The notes below the pieces were generated by a model. The model was given only the letters and a program-made list of their open reading frames with translations. It was not told the DNA's origin and ran no database searches. Made by a program: the position numbers and the translations under genes. A DNA stretch of 52,060 nucleotides from a virus (lineage: Duplodnaviria; Caudoviricetes). The stretch covers positions 1 to 52,060 of the IMG/VR virus record IMGVR_UViG_3300004199_000001; one strand, written 5' to 3'. Positions 8,254-16,393 of the stretch are shown here, in pieces; the stretch's first letter is position 1; the number at the start of each line of letters is the position of its first letter.

Positions 8254-8381
8254 AGGTGTTTTTTATGGTCGGGTTTTTAGCATGGACTACGTACCAAGCA
8301 TATAAAGACGGCGGGGGTATCTGGTATTTTTTTAGCGGTTGGGAAGCTGCTTATATCGCCGTAGAAATGGCGAAGGGGTAA
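8250..8381 (+). CDS. Small hydrophobic protein (43 aa; not in ORF track)
   Basis: ATGA-coupled, MKVFFMVGFLAW...AKG*. Confidence 0.5.
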   Translation: MKVFFMVGFLAWTTYQAYKDGGGIWYFFSGWEAAYIAVEMAKG

Positions 8382-8384
8382 ACG

Positions 8385-8942
8385 ATGAAACAAACCAAAC
8401 AACAATGGGAAGAAGTAAAGAACAGCCTATCAGGCGTGTATGGTAGCGTCTATTTACGCTGCGACGGCTACCTGATCACTGCCGTTATCCAGCGCGATAA
8501 AATGAAGCTGGTGATCACCGTTTATGTCAATGGCTGGATCAAAGGAAAAGACATGTGGCACGGCAAGGAGAGCGACCTGGACAAGATAGGCGACATTGCG
8601 AGGAAGTTTTTTTGCCTGAAAAGCAAGGGGCCGTCTGCCAAGACCATCGCTAGGGAAAAAAAGGTGTTCGGGGCCAGGTTTTGTAAAGAGCGCCGATGGC
8701 ACGAAAGATTTTACTATGCCCATCCGTATTTCAGCACACCGGGAGCCTTTATCGCCCACATCAAAAAGCATAACGAGTCCATCGAAGTACTGGATTATGA
8801 AACCTATAAAGAGGCGCTGAACGCCTTGCCGATAGATAACGTCACCGAAAAGCCCGAGGCATCCGAAAACGATGCCACGGGCGCTTTAAAGTCGCTTGTT
8901 GGCACGACATTAAAGCGAGGCGATGAGGAAGATGACGAATGA
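8385..8942 (+). CDS. Hypothetical early protein
   Basis: 185-aa ORF in the operon. Confidence 0.7.
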   Translation: MKQTKQQWEEVKNSLSGVYGSVYLRCDGYLITAVIQRDKMKLVITVYVNGWIKGKDMWHGKESDLDKIGDIARKFFCLKSKGPSAKTIAREKKVFGARFCKERRWHERFYYAHPYFSTPGAFIAHIKKHNESIEVLDYETYKEALNALPIDNVTEKPEASENDATGALKSLVGTTLKRGDEEDDE

Positions 8943-9505
8943 GCAAAAAGCGCTTTGTCCAAGCCGTTATCGCCCGCAGCCTGCCGACCCATGACAAGCG
9001 GCAGGCGGCTCTGGATTATGCAGAGGGCTTATGGGACTGGCTGACTACCAAGGGCTACGGCAATGCCGAACCCAGCCAGCCACGCCAGGGCATGGATTAT
9101 TACCGCGCCCTGGATTCACGGCAGTCTTATTACTTCGATAAATTCTGGGGCACGTACAACCACAAGCAGGGCCGCAATGAAGCGGCGATGCGCTGGGGCC
9201 AGCTGGTCGATCCGACAGACGAGTTTTATCAGTTCATCATCGACGCGGCCAGAAAGGAAGCCTCAAAGCAGATCCAGCCCGGCCAGGTACGCAAGATGGC
9301 CCAGGGCTGGCTGCATGAGCAACGCTATAACGACTACCAGCCCACGACAGCCAACAAAGACGCCCAAAAAGGCCAGCTGATGCAGAAACTGACCAGCCAG
9401 CTGAATGGCGTTAAGACCCTGTACGAGGCAGGAGGTGATGAGGCCCTGCTGCCGGAGATCCAAAAACTTGAAAACCAACTTAGAGAGGCAAGGAAAACAG
9501 CATGA
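8939..9505 (+). CDS. Hypothetical protein with a phage replication-initiator-like C-terminal motif
   Basis: FDKFWGTYNHKQGRNEA..RW..L...QGWLHEQRYND. Confidence 0.6.
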   Translation: MSKKRFVQAVIARSLPTHDKRQAALDYAEGLWDWLTTKGYGNAEPSQPRQGMDYYRALDSRQSYYFDKFWGTYNHKQGRNEAAMRWGQLVDPTDEFYQFIIDAARKEASKQIQPGQVRKMAQGWLHEQRYNDYQPTTANKDAQKGQLMQKLTSQLNGVKTLYEAGGDEALLPEIQKLENQLREARKTA

Positions 9506-9723
9506 AAGAACATGATATGGGAGGGAAAACAATTGCGATGACATTAGACAAAAAACATAAGGCCGAAAAACGTAAGCTTGAGTCTCTGCTTAAAGGCCTT
9601 GAATCTAGGGCCACAAACTGGGCAGCATTAAATGACGTGGTAGGCGCTTATATTGGGTTTGGTTATGGCGACCCGACCGAGCACTTTAAGGCCGCGCTTA
9701 AGCACTACATTGAAGATGTATAA
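9502..9723 (+). CDS. Hypothetical protein; stop codon lies in an attC core
   Basis: ATGA-coupled; ends ...GTA TAA C. Confidence 0.65.
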   Translation: MKEHDMGGKTIAMTLDKKHKAEKRKLESLLKGLESRATNWAALNDVVGAYIGFGYGDPTEHFKAALKHYIEDV

Positions 9724-9805
9724 CGCCGTGGCAAAGGGCGCGCACGATGGATTATGAACAACGCGCTGCTGCTAAAGCGCGTCCCATTTGACCAGAGAGT
9801 TATAC
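9718..9805 (-). repeat. Integron attC-like site 1 (88 bp)
   Basis: Minus strand: GTATAAC-5-GGTCAAAT GGGACGCGC...GCGCGCCCTTTGCC-5-GTTATAC, with unpaired extra bases on the R''-L'' arm. Confidence 0.75.
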
Positions 9806-9808
9806 ATT

Positions 9809-9967
9809 ATGCCAAAAAATATTGAAGACGCCTTGAATGAGGCAAACGAATTTCGATTAAAAATTGAATCCTCACAGCCGAACGATATTTATTCGGCAAT
9901 TCGCGAGCATGAACAAAAGCACAAGACCGCTTACGAACTGCTAAATAAGTGGGCTCGTGGTGTATAA
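9809..9967 (+). CDS. Cassette-borne 52-aa protein (MPKNIEDALN...; not in ORF track)
   Basis: Sits exactly between two attC cores; stop TAA lies in the core GTATAAT. Confidence 0.65.
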   Translation: MPKNIEDALNEANEFRLKIESSQPNDIYSAIREHEQKHKTAYELLNKWARGV

Positions 9968-10081
9968 TGCCACGGTAAGGCAACCGCCGACAGAGGAAGC
10001 CAAAAAGAATGAATAACTTTGAAAAACACCAACCGCGAACCGCGCTTAGGGCGGCGGTTCGCCTTGACCGACTCGTTATGC
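9962..10081 (-). repeat. Integron attC-like site 2 (120 bp)
   Basis: Minus strand: GCATAAC-5-GGTCAAGG C(G)AACCGCCG...CGGCGGTTG CCTTACC-5-ATTATAC; 8-bp L'' versus 7-bp L', two extrahelical bases. Confidence 0.82.
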
Positions 10082-10099
10082 TTATTACAGAGGCTTTAA

Positions 10100-10315
10100 A
10101 TGAAACAGCTATTTAATAACCCAGTCCTTGGGCAACGCGTAATTTTAAAAAATAGCCTTGGCGAGGAAAGCCAACAAAGAATTGTTGAAGTTACCACAAA
10201 GGCTATTCGAATTTCGTCATGCAATTTGTACAAATTTAATAGAGACGGCAGTCTGAATAAATCGGATAAGCGAGACAGGGTCATCGAACCGTCGATTAGA
10301 CCTGTTGGTGCATAA
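10100..10315 (+). CDS. Cassette-borne 71-aa protein
   Basis: GAGG RBS; flanked by GTTATGC (10075) and GCATAAC (10310). Confidence 0.7.
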   Translation: MKQLFNNPVLGQRVILKNSLGEESQQRIVEVTTKAIRISSCNLYKFNRDGSLNKSDKRDRVIEPSIRPVGA

Positions 10316-10347
10316 CGTAAATAGACACCAAAAACGATTCGCATACT

Positions 10348-10391
10348 CAACCAAACCCGGCTTAGTCCGGGTTTTTTTATGCCTACTCAAT
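10348..10391 (+). terminator. Early operon terminator
   Basis: AAACCCGG-CTTAGT-CCGGGTTTTTTT. Confidence 0.8.
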
Positions 10392-10491
10392 GGTTATCAC
10401 CTTAGACCAAGACAGCGGCAACATAAAAATAAATCGAGCGATAATGCAGTCTTACGGCTAAGATTACCCGTTTTTAACTTAGGAGAAGGCA

Positions 10492-11133
10492 GTGGACTGG
10501 GTATATGGCTCTATAGCGTTATTCGTGGTGTTCTATGCGGTTTGGGTTGTTTTTATGCGCCACATTGGACAATCAAAAATCATTCAATGGGGAGGCGGAT
10601 TTATCGCCTCGATGATCGTATGGTGCGGAATTGCCGCCATCGCCTTGCAACCGTCTAAAGAAAACGTGCCGCAGGAACAGCAAGTGCAGGCCGAATCAAT
10701 TCCGCAGGCGGAAACGGTAAATCAGTCTCCGCTTTTGGATCATAACTATGCCATGAAAGACGGCAATCAATATGGCTATGCTCGGGCCATCAGTGCGGAA
10801 GAAGCCAACAACGGACAAGTGGCCGAGCAGTTGATGATGTTTAAGTTCTCGGGTTCCCGCGACGGAACCTTTCAAGTCTTCACAGAAACGGATGGCCCCA
10901 TATCAACACTTGAATGCGAAAAGCCCTGCGAATTCATGAAAGCGATGGTTTTTTATCAGGGCAAGCATATCAAAACCGAGCGCTTCCGCGCCGCAGAGGG
11001 ATCAATAGGCGCATTGGCTTTATCGGACGCCATTAACGGCAAGCTTGAACAGTACGTTAGCGAAAAAAAAGGCAAATCAGTTAATGTCTGGTTTGACGAA
11101 AAAAAGGGCGTTATTGCCATGCCTGTTCATTAA
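10492..11133 (+). CDS. Moron: membrane-anchored protein (two N-terminal TM helices plus soluble domain)
   Basis: AGGAG RBS with GTG start; isolated between two near-identical terminators. Confidence 0.75.
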   Translation: MDWVYGSIALFVVFYAVWVVFMRHIGQSKIIQWGGGFIASMIVWCGIAAIALQPSKENVPQEQQVQAESIPQAETVNQSPLLDHNYAMKDGNQYGYARAISAEEANNGQVAEQLMMFKFSGSRDGTFQVFTETDGPISTLECEKPCEFMKAMVFYQGKHIKTERFRAAEGSIGALALSDAINGKLEQYVSEKKGKSVNVWFDEKKGVIAMPVH

Positions 11134-11147
11134 CTAAGCATAGATCC

Positions 11148-11186
11148 CAACCAAACCCGCTCCGGCGGGTTTTTTTATGCACTCAA
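11148..11186 (+). terminator. Terminator, duplicate of 10348..10391
   Basis: CAACCAAACCCGC-TCCG-GCGGGTTTTTTTATGC..ACTCAAT. Confidence 0.8.
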
Positions 11187-11226
11187 TAAACTTTGAGTTT
11201 ACAATGAGCCGCATTATAAACTTTCA

Positions 11227-11637
11227 ATGCACCCTGCCATGAATACTCATCTATTCGATTTGCCGCCCGCATTAATCCCCGATCGATTACAGCAGATATC
11301 CAGCCATTGCGGCCAACAGACCGCGCTGGTGCTGCTGCTGAATTTTCCCGGCGTGCATGTGCGCATCCCCAAAAATCCGAACCACGGCCACAAACTCGCT
11401 GAATTGCTGGGCATGATAGCGTTCGGCAAGCTGTGCTCGATCTACGGCGACGAGATCGTTTCAATACCCAGGGCGGCTAAGGCAATCCGCGCTATCCGTA
11501 ACCAGCAGATCCTCCATGATTTTGCCGAGGGACAGACGCAGGCGGCCATCGCGCTGAAATACGGCATGACCCAGCGCCAGGTCAACAAAATCTGCAATGC
11601 GGTCGCGTTTGACCGCCAGCTAGACATCTTCAACTAA
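11227..11637 (+). CDS. mor: Mor/C-family late transcription activator
   Basis: G..V.IP...IRNQQILHDF..G.TQAAIALKYGMTQRQVNKI; precedes the lysis cassette. Confidence 0.85.
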   Translation: MHPAMNTHLFDLPPALIPDRLQQISSHCGQQTALVLLLNFPGVHVRIPKNPNHGHKLAELLGMIAFGKLCSIYGDEIVSIPRAAKAIRAIRNQQILHDFAEGQTQAAIALKYGMTQRQVNKICNAVAFDRQLDIFN

Positions 11638-11661
11638 CTACCACCTTCTTTGTTAAGAGGG

Positions 11662-11715
11662 CGTTACGAACCCCCTCTTATCCGCTGCATCGGGGCCAGT
11701 GCTTACACTAGCCCC
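11662..11715 (+). promoter_or_regulatory. Activator-dependent late promoter 1 (CGTTACGAACC ... TACACT)
   Basis: Same 11-mer and same 42-nt offset to the -10 box as at 20908. Confidence 0.6.
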
Positions 11716-12321
11716 ATGAATAAAAACACCCAACCGACCATCGGCAAAGCAGGCTTAGACCTGATCAAAACCAGCGAAAAGCTGAAATTGCAGGCGTACC
11801 TATGCCCAGCCAACCGCCTGACCATCGGCTGGGGCCATGTGCTACTGCCAAAATTCGACGCCGGGCTGTTCAAGAACATATCGCCCGAGGCGTTAACCCG
11901 CATCATCGCCGAATGCGGGAAGCGCAAGACCCTCACCAATGAAGCCAGGTCGCTGCTGTATATCAACCAAAAACAGGCCGAAACACTACTCACCCAAGAT
12001 GCCAGCCAGACTGCGCTGTTCATCAATTCCGTGACTCCGGTCGAATTTACGCAGAACCAGTTCGATGCGCTGTGCAGCCTGGTATTCAACATCGGCCAGG
12101 CCAATTACGCCGAATCAACCCTTAGACAAAAACTGAAAGCCGGGGATTTTTCCGGTGCCGCCGCCGAGTTTGACCGCTGGATATACGGCACCGTGGACGG
12201 CAAGAAACAGAAACTAAACGGATTGATTACCCGGCGCGCCGCCGAGCGCGACTTATTCGCGACTGCCATGGATGGCGGAAGTGCCGGTACCGCTGGGAGC
12301 GGTACAGGTGAGTCGCCATGA
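11716..12321 (+). CDS. Endolysin, GH24 lysozyme
   Basis: GLDLIKTSE..KLQAYLCPANRLTIGWGH, QNQFDALCSLVFNIG, GLITRRAAE. Confidence 0.92.
   Translation: MNKNTQPTIGKAGLDLIKTSEKLKLQAYLCPANRLTIGWGHVLLPKFDAGLFKNISPEALTRIIAECGKRKTLTNEARSLLYINQKQAETLLTQDASQTALFINSVTPVEFTQNQFDALCSLVFNIGQANYAESTLRQKLKAGDFSGAAAEFDRWIYGTVDGKKQKLNGLITRRAAERDLFATAMDGGSAGTAGSGTGESP
12259..12308 (+). repeat. Double-hairpin REP-like repeat, copy 2 (in frame at the endolysin C-terminus)
   Basis: GCGACTGCCATGGATGGCGGAAGTG-CCG-GTACCGCT-GGG-AGCGGTAC. Confidence 0.75.
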
Positions 12322-12560
12322 ACAGAGTAGAACAATTAAAAACCCGCATTAATGCACTGTATGCGCTGGTGCTGTTTAGCCAAAGCCAACGGGGCTATTA
12401 CGTAGCCGCCGGGCTCGCTAATCCGCTTGTCCTGGACGCCTTTGACGCAGAGCTTAACGCGCTCAAGCGGGATGGCCGCGAGGCGGTGTTCGACCTGCTG
12501 ATTAGCGGCATATCGCACCGGCAGTTTATGAAATTCATCAAGGAGCTAAACCATGGATAA
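12318..12560 (+). CDS. Hypothetical protein in the lysis cassette
   Basis: ATGA-coupled. Confidence 0.6.
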   Translation: MNRVEQLKTRINALYALVLFSQSQRGYYVAAGLANPLVLDAFDAELNALKRDGREAVFDLLISGISHRQFMKFIKELNHG

Positions 12561-12906
12561 ACTTATTTTGTTATGCCGAGCGCTGCGCGCCGGTGAATCG
12601 CTGGCCGACCCGGCAACCTGGAAAAACCGTCAGCTGCTCTCTACTGCGATACTGGCGATCCTGTATCTGCTGGTGACGTTCATGCCGGTTCCGCTGGCTC
12701 CCGATGACATTAACGCGATCGCCAGCGGCCTGTCGTTATTGGGCGGCACTATCAACGGATATTTAACGGTCGCCACCACGGAAAAAGTGGGTTTGCCTGA
12801 TAAGGCCGCGCTGCTGGAAAAGGCGGCTGGATTCATAAAATCGCCGGTCATCATTGGCTCCGTCGTGTTGTCCGGTAGCGCATTGATTTATTGGTGGTAT
12901 GTATGA
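12553..12906 (+). CDS. Putative holin
   Basis: 2-3 hydrophobic segments; between endolysin and spanins; AGGAG RBS. Confidence 0.65.
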   Translation: MDKLILLCRALRAGESLADPATWKNRQLLSTAILAILYLLVTFMPVPLAPDDINAIASGLSLLGGTINGYLTVATTEKVGLPDKAALLEKAAGFIKSPVIIGSVVLSGSALIYWWYV

Positions 12907-13247
12907 CCGCATTGATAGTCATAGCCGCAATCATACTGGCGCTGGGCTTAACGGCATGGTTTTACCGAAGCCAGGCCATAGCGCATAAGGCCGAAGCCAA
13001 ACGGCAGGAGCTGCGCGCCACGCAAGCCGAAGCCAGTGGCAAAATACGGCGAGCGCTGGATACGTCCATTGAACAATTACACCAAAAACACCGCGCGGAG
13101 ACTGTCGATGAAACCCAACCAGAACACCTTGCTGCTCGCTCTGATCTTGATAACGACTGGTCTGACCGGCTGTCCGGCGAGCAATCCTCCGCAAATCATT
13201 CAGATGGCGCTTCCATTACCGGTGCGGCCGATTCTTCCAGCGATTAA
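12903..13247 (+). CDS. Inner-membrane spanin (Rz-like)
   Basis: N-terminal TM helix plus coiled coil; overlapped by a lipoprotein gene. Confidence 0.75.
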   Translation: MTALIVIAAIILALGLTAWFYRSQAIAHKAEAKRQELRATQAEASGKIRRALDTSIEQLHQKHRAETVDETQPEHLAARSDLDNDWSDRLSGEQSSANHSDGASITGAADSSSD

Positions 13248-13374
13248 ATCGGCCGATTTGCAATGTTTGAGCGACGGCACCTATGAGCTTATCGCCACGC
13301 GCAACCGGCTGCAACGGCAGTATGCCGAGGATTTGGAGCTGATTATTAAATCGACCAGGGAGACGGGACAATGA
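13108..13374 (+). CDS. Outer-membrane spanin lipoprotein (Rz1-like)
   Basis: Signal ending LTGC lipobox, Pro-rich; overlaps the i-spanin in another frame. Confidence 0.78.
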   Translation: MKPNQNTLLLALILITTGLTGCPASNPPQIIQMALPLPVRPILPAIKSADLQCLSDGTYELIATRNRLQRQYAEDLELIIKSTRETGQ

Positions 13375-13634
13375 AAGGACTAGCCGTGTTGCATAATTCA
13401 GGCGAGCACATGAACGATGACGAGCTGGTCGATCATGCCGAGCAGTTCCATCAGGATCTGTCTCTGCTGCAACACCAGCAGAAAACGGCCATCGCCCCTG
13501 ACGCCGTATCGGCGGAATGGTGTGAATCCTGCGGCAATGAGATCCCGGAACAGCGCCGAAAGAGCATACCAGGCGTGACGCTGTGTGTGGACTGCAAACG
13601 CGAAAACGAACGTAAAGATAGGTTGTACCGATGA
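13371..13634 (+). CDS. TraR/DksA C4 zinc-finger protein
   Basis: CESCGNEIPEQRRKSIPGVTLCVDC. Confidence 0.9.
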   Translation: MKGLAVLHNSGEHMNDDELVDHAEQFHQDLSLLQHQQKTAIAPDAVSAEWCESCGNEIPEQRRKSIPGVTLCVDCKRENERKDRLYR

Positions 13635-13990
13635 ATATAGGGATGTTTGGAGAATGGCTGGATGTGATTTACAAGATAGCGATGGCGGTGTTCGGAATCT
13701 GGCTGTATCTGGATCGGCGCAATGACCGGACGAATCTGCGCATCAGCCAACTGGAAACGCGGATCGATGAGCGTCTGGACACGCACACCGACCGGCTGAC
13801 ACGCGTGGAAACGGAGATGACCAAGCAGCCGACCCACGACCATCTTGCCAAAGTTTATGATGAAATCCGCAAGGTATCGGATGCAGTATCCGGCATAAAC
13901 AGCACCATATCGGCGCTAGATGCAACGCTTATCCGCGTGGAAAAAATGACAGACAGAATGGACACCTTCTGGCGCAACAATAACCACTAA
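13631..13990 (+). CDS. Membrane-anchored coiled-coil protein (Mu gp25/DUF2730-like)
   Basis: N-terminal TM plus coiled coil; synteny. Confidence 0.65.
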   Translation: MNIGMFGEWLDVIYKIAMAVFGIWLYLDRRNDRTNLRISQLETRIDERLDTHTDRLTRVETEMTKQPTHDHLAKVYDEIRKVSDAVSGINSTISALDATLIRVEKMTDRMDTFWRNNNH

Positions 13991-14001
13991 GAGGAAATGA
14001 G

Positions 14002-14295
14002 ATGGACTACAACGCCTTTATGACCGCCCACCGGCGGCTGACTATTTTGCAGCTGTTGAACGCCGCCAGCGCCTACACGCTGCATGAGCTGGACTTAAAA
14101 AACGTGCTGGCTGCACACGGCCAGGTCGCATCGACCGACCAGCTACGCTCGGATCTGCAATGGTTGCATGAGCAGGGCCTGGTGCTCGCCAAGCAGCCGG
14201 ATGGCGTCTGGTTCGCCACGCTGACCGCAAGAGGCGGCGACGTGCAGCAGGGTTTGTCCACGGTGCCTGGCGTTGCCAGACCGGAGCCAATCTAG
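14002..14295 (+). CDS. Mu gp26-like winged-helix protein
   Basis: RRLTILQLL...DLQWLHEQGLV...ATLTARGGDV.QG...PGVARP. Confidence 0.8.
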   Translation: MDYNAFMTAHRRLTILQLLNAASAYTLHELDLKNVLAAHGQVASTDQLRSDLQWLHEQGLVLAKQPDGVWFATLTARGGDVQQGLSTVPGVARPEPI

Positions 14296-14846
14296 TGGCA
14301 CCGCGTTCCGCCGTCGAGCTGTTACCCGCCGCTGTGCTGGAGGCGTTGAACTCGCGCCTGATCGACCAGGCGTTTAGCGATTATGTCGGCCTGGCCGCCT
14401 GGCTAAAAGATCAGGGCTTCGAGATCAGCAAGACCGCCGTCTGGCGGCACGGCTCGGACCTGCAAGCCAAGATGGAAAAATCGATGGGCAAGGCCCGCGA
14501 GCGCATGGAAATTGCCAAAGCCCTGGGCGGGGCCAGCGATGACGAAAAGTCGGCGCTGATGGAAGCCACCGAAATGGTGGCACTGGATCAGCTGATGGAT
14601 ATGTTCGAGGCGGTATCCGACCTGAATGCAGCCGGACGCATGTCCGCTGTGCCCAAGCTGGTGCGCGCGATCGCGGATCTAAACCGGTCGGCGATCGGCA
14701 GCGCCAAGTGGAAGCGGGAGTTTGAGGCCGAGATACGCAAGCAGGCCCGCGAAGAAGCCGCCGAAGAACTGACCCAAGAACTCAAGAACGACGGTATCAG
14801 CGCCGAGCTGGAAGCCTCCATTAAACGCATCCTGATAGGCAAGTGA
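14295..14846 (+). CDS. Terminase small subunit (Mu gp27/DUF3486-like)
   Basis: RSAVELLP...GFEISKTAVWR; precedes TerL. Confidence 0.82.
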   Translation: MAPRSAVELLPAAVLEALNSRLIDQAFSDYVGLAAWLKDQGFEISKTAVWRHGSDLQAKMEKSMGKARERMEIAKALGGASDDEKSALMEATEMVALDQLMDMFEAVSDLNAAGRMSAVPKLVRAIADLNRSAIGSAKWKREFEAEIRKQAREEAAEELTQELKNDGISAELEASIKRILIGK

Positions 14847-16393
14847 TGGACGCCGACCTACAGGAACTGCAAACCGCCGACTATTTCCCCGAGAACGAGC
14901 CCGTTCTGCTGGGCTACCAGGCGCGCTGGTTTGAAGACGAATCCGAAGTAAAGATCGCCGAAAAGTCGCGCCGTACCGGCCTGACTTGGGCAGAAGCGGC
15001 CTGTAACGTCATTACGGCCTCCAAGCCGAAACGGCGCGGCGGCCGTAATGTCTTTTACGTAGGCAGTCGGCAGGAAATGGCGCTGGAATACATCGCCGCC
15101 TGCGCACTGTTCGCCAAGGCGTTCAACCAGATGGCGGGCACCGTGTCCGAGTCGATGTTCAAGGATGAGGACGGCAGCAAGGAGATCCTGACCTATACCA
15201 TCCGCTTCCCGAACTCCGGCTTCAAGATTGCCGCGCTATCGTCGCGCCCGTCCAACCTGCGCGGCATGCAGGGCGACGTAGTCATTGACGAGGCGGCGTT
15301 CCACGATTCGCTGCACGAGCTGTTAAAGGCCGCGATGGCGTTGACGATGTGGGGCGCACGGGTGCGCATCATCAGCACCCATAACGGCGTCGATAACGAA
15401 TACAACCACTATGTGGAAGACGCGCGCGCAGGCCGCAAGCCCTATAGCATCCACCGCATCACCCTGGATGACGCGCTGAAAGACGGCGTATTTCGGCGCA
15501 TCTGCTACGTCACCGGCCAGAAATGGAGCCCGGAGGCCGAGCTTGCCTGGCGCAACAAGACTATCGCCAACGCCCCCAGCAAAGAAGCGGCGGACGAGGA
15601 ATATTTTTGCATCCCCAGCCAGTCCGGCGGCGCGGCCTTGAGCCGGGTGCTGATCGAGGCGCGGATGGATCAGCGTTACCCCGTTATCAGGCTGAGCAAA
15701 GACAACAGTTTTAACGAATGGCCGGAGCATCTGCGCCAGGCCGAGATCAAGGACTGGTGCGAGGAGTACCTGCTGCCGGAGTTAAGCAAGCTGGATCAGA
15801 ATTTGCAGCATGCCTTCGGTGAGGATTTTGGGCGGTGGGGCGATTTGACGGTAATAGACCCGATGACCATCGAGCAGAACCTGGACCGGACCGTGCCGTT
15901 TTCGGTCGAGCTGCGCAATATCCCCTTCAAGCAGCAGGAACAGGTGCTGTTTTACATCGTCGATCGCCTACCAAAACTGGTCGGCGGGGCGCTGGATGCG
16001 GGCGGCAACGGTATGTATCTGGCCGAGCAGGCGCGGCACCGCTACGGTTCAGGCAGGATCAGGGAGATCAAACTGTCTGAAAGCTGGTATCTGGAAAACA
16101 TGAGCAAGTTTAAGGCGGCTTTTGAAGACGCCAAGTTGACCATCCCGGCGGATAACGACCAGCTGAACGACTTGCGGGCCTTGCAGGTCGTTAACGGCAT
16201 TATCAGGCTGCCTAAGGCCAAGACCGAAACCGGCAGCAACCAACGCCACGGCGACAGCGCGATCTCGAAAGCCCTTGCCTATTTTGCCAGCCTGCAAGAC
16301 GCGCACATCATTGAATATAACCCCGTCCCCAGCAAGCAAGAGCGCTGGGATCGTGACGACGAACTGACACCCGCACACAAAGGAGGCTGGTAA
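14843..16393 (+). CDS. Terminase large subunit (Mu gp28-like)
   Basis: EKSRRTGLTW, VVIDEAAFH, ISTHNG, GEDFGR, HGDSA. Confidence 0.93.
   Translation: MMDADLQELQTADYFPENEPVLLGYQARWFEDESEVKIAEKSRRTGLTWAEAACNVITASKPKRRGGRNVFYVGSRQEMALEYIAACALFAKAFNQMAGTVSESMFKDEDGSKEILTYTIRFPNSGFKIAALSSRPSNLRGMQGDVVIDEAAFHDSLHELLKAAMALTMWGARVRIISTHNGVDNEYNHYVEDARAGRKPYSIHRITLDDALKDGVFRRICYVTGQKWSPEAELAWRNKTIANAPSKEAADEEYFCIPSQSGGAALSRVLIEARMDQRYPVIRLSKDNSFNEWPEHLRQAEIKDWCEEYLLPELSKLDQNLQHAFGEDFGRWGDLTVIDPMTIEQNLDRTVPFSVELRNIPFKQQEQVLFYIVDRLPKLVGGALDAGGNGMYLAEQARHRYGSGRIREIKLSESWYLENMSKFKAAFEDAKLTIPADNDQLNDLRALQVVNGIIRLPKAKTETGSNQRHGDSAISKALAYFASLQDAHIIEYNPVPSKQERWDRDDELTPAHKGGW

Noticed and set aside
9718-10316. 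CRISPR array or simple terminators
   Set aside because: The units are non-identical imperfect palindromes without U tails, separated by ORFs; attC architecture fits better. No CRISPR repeats or cas genes seen anywhere.
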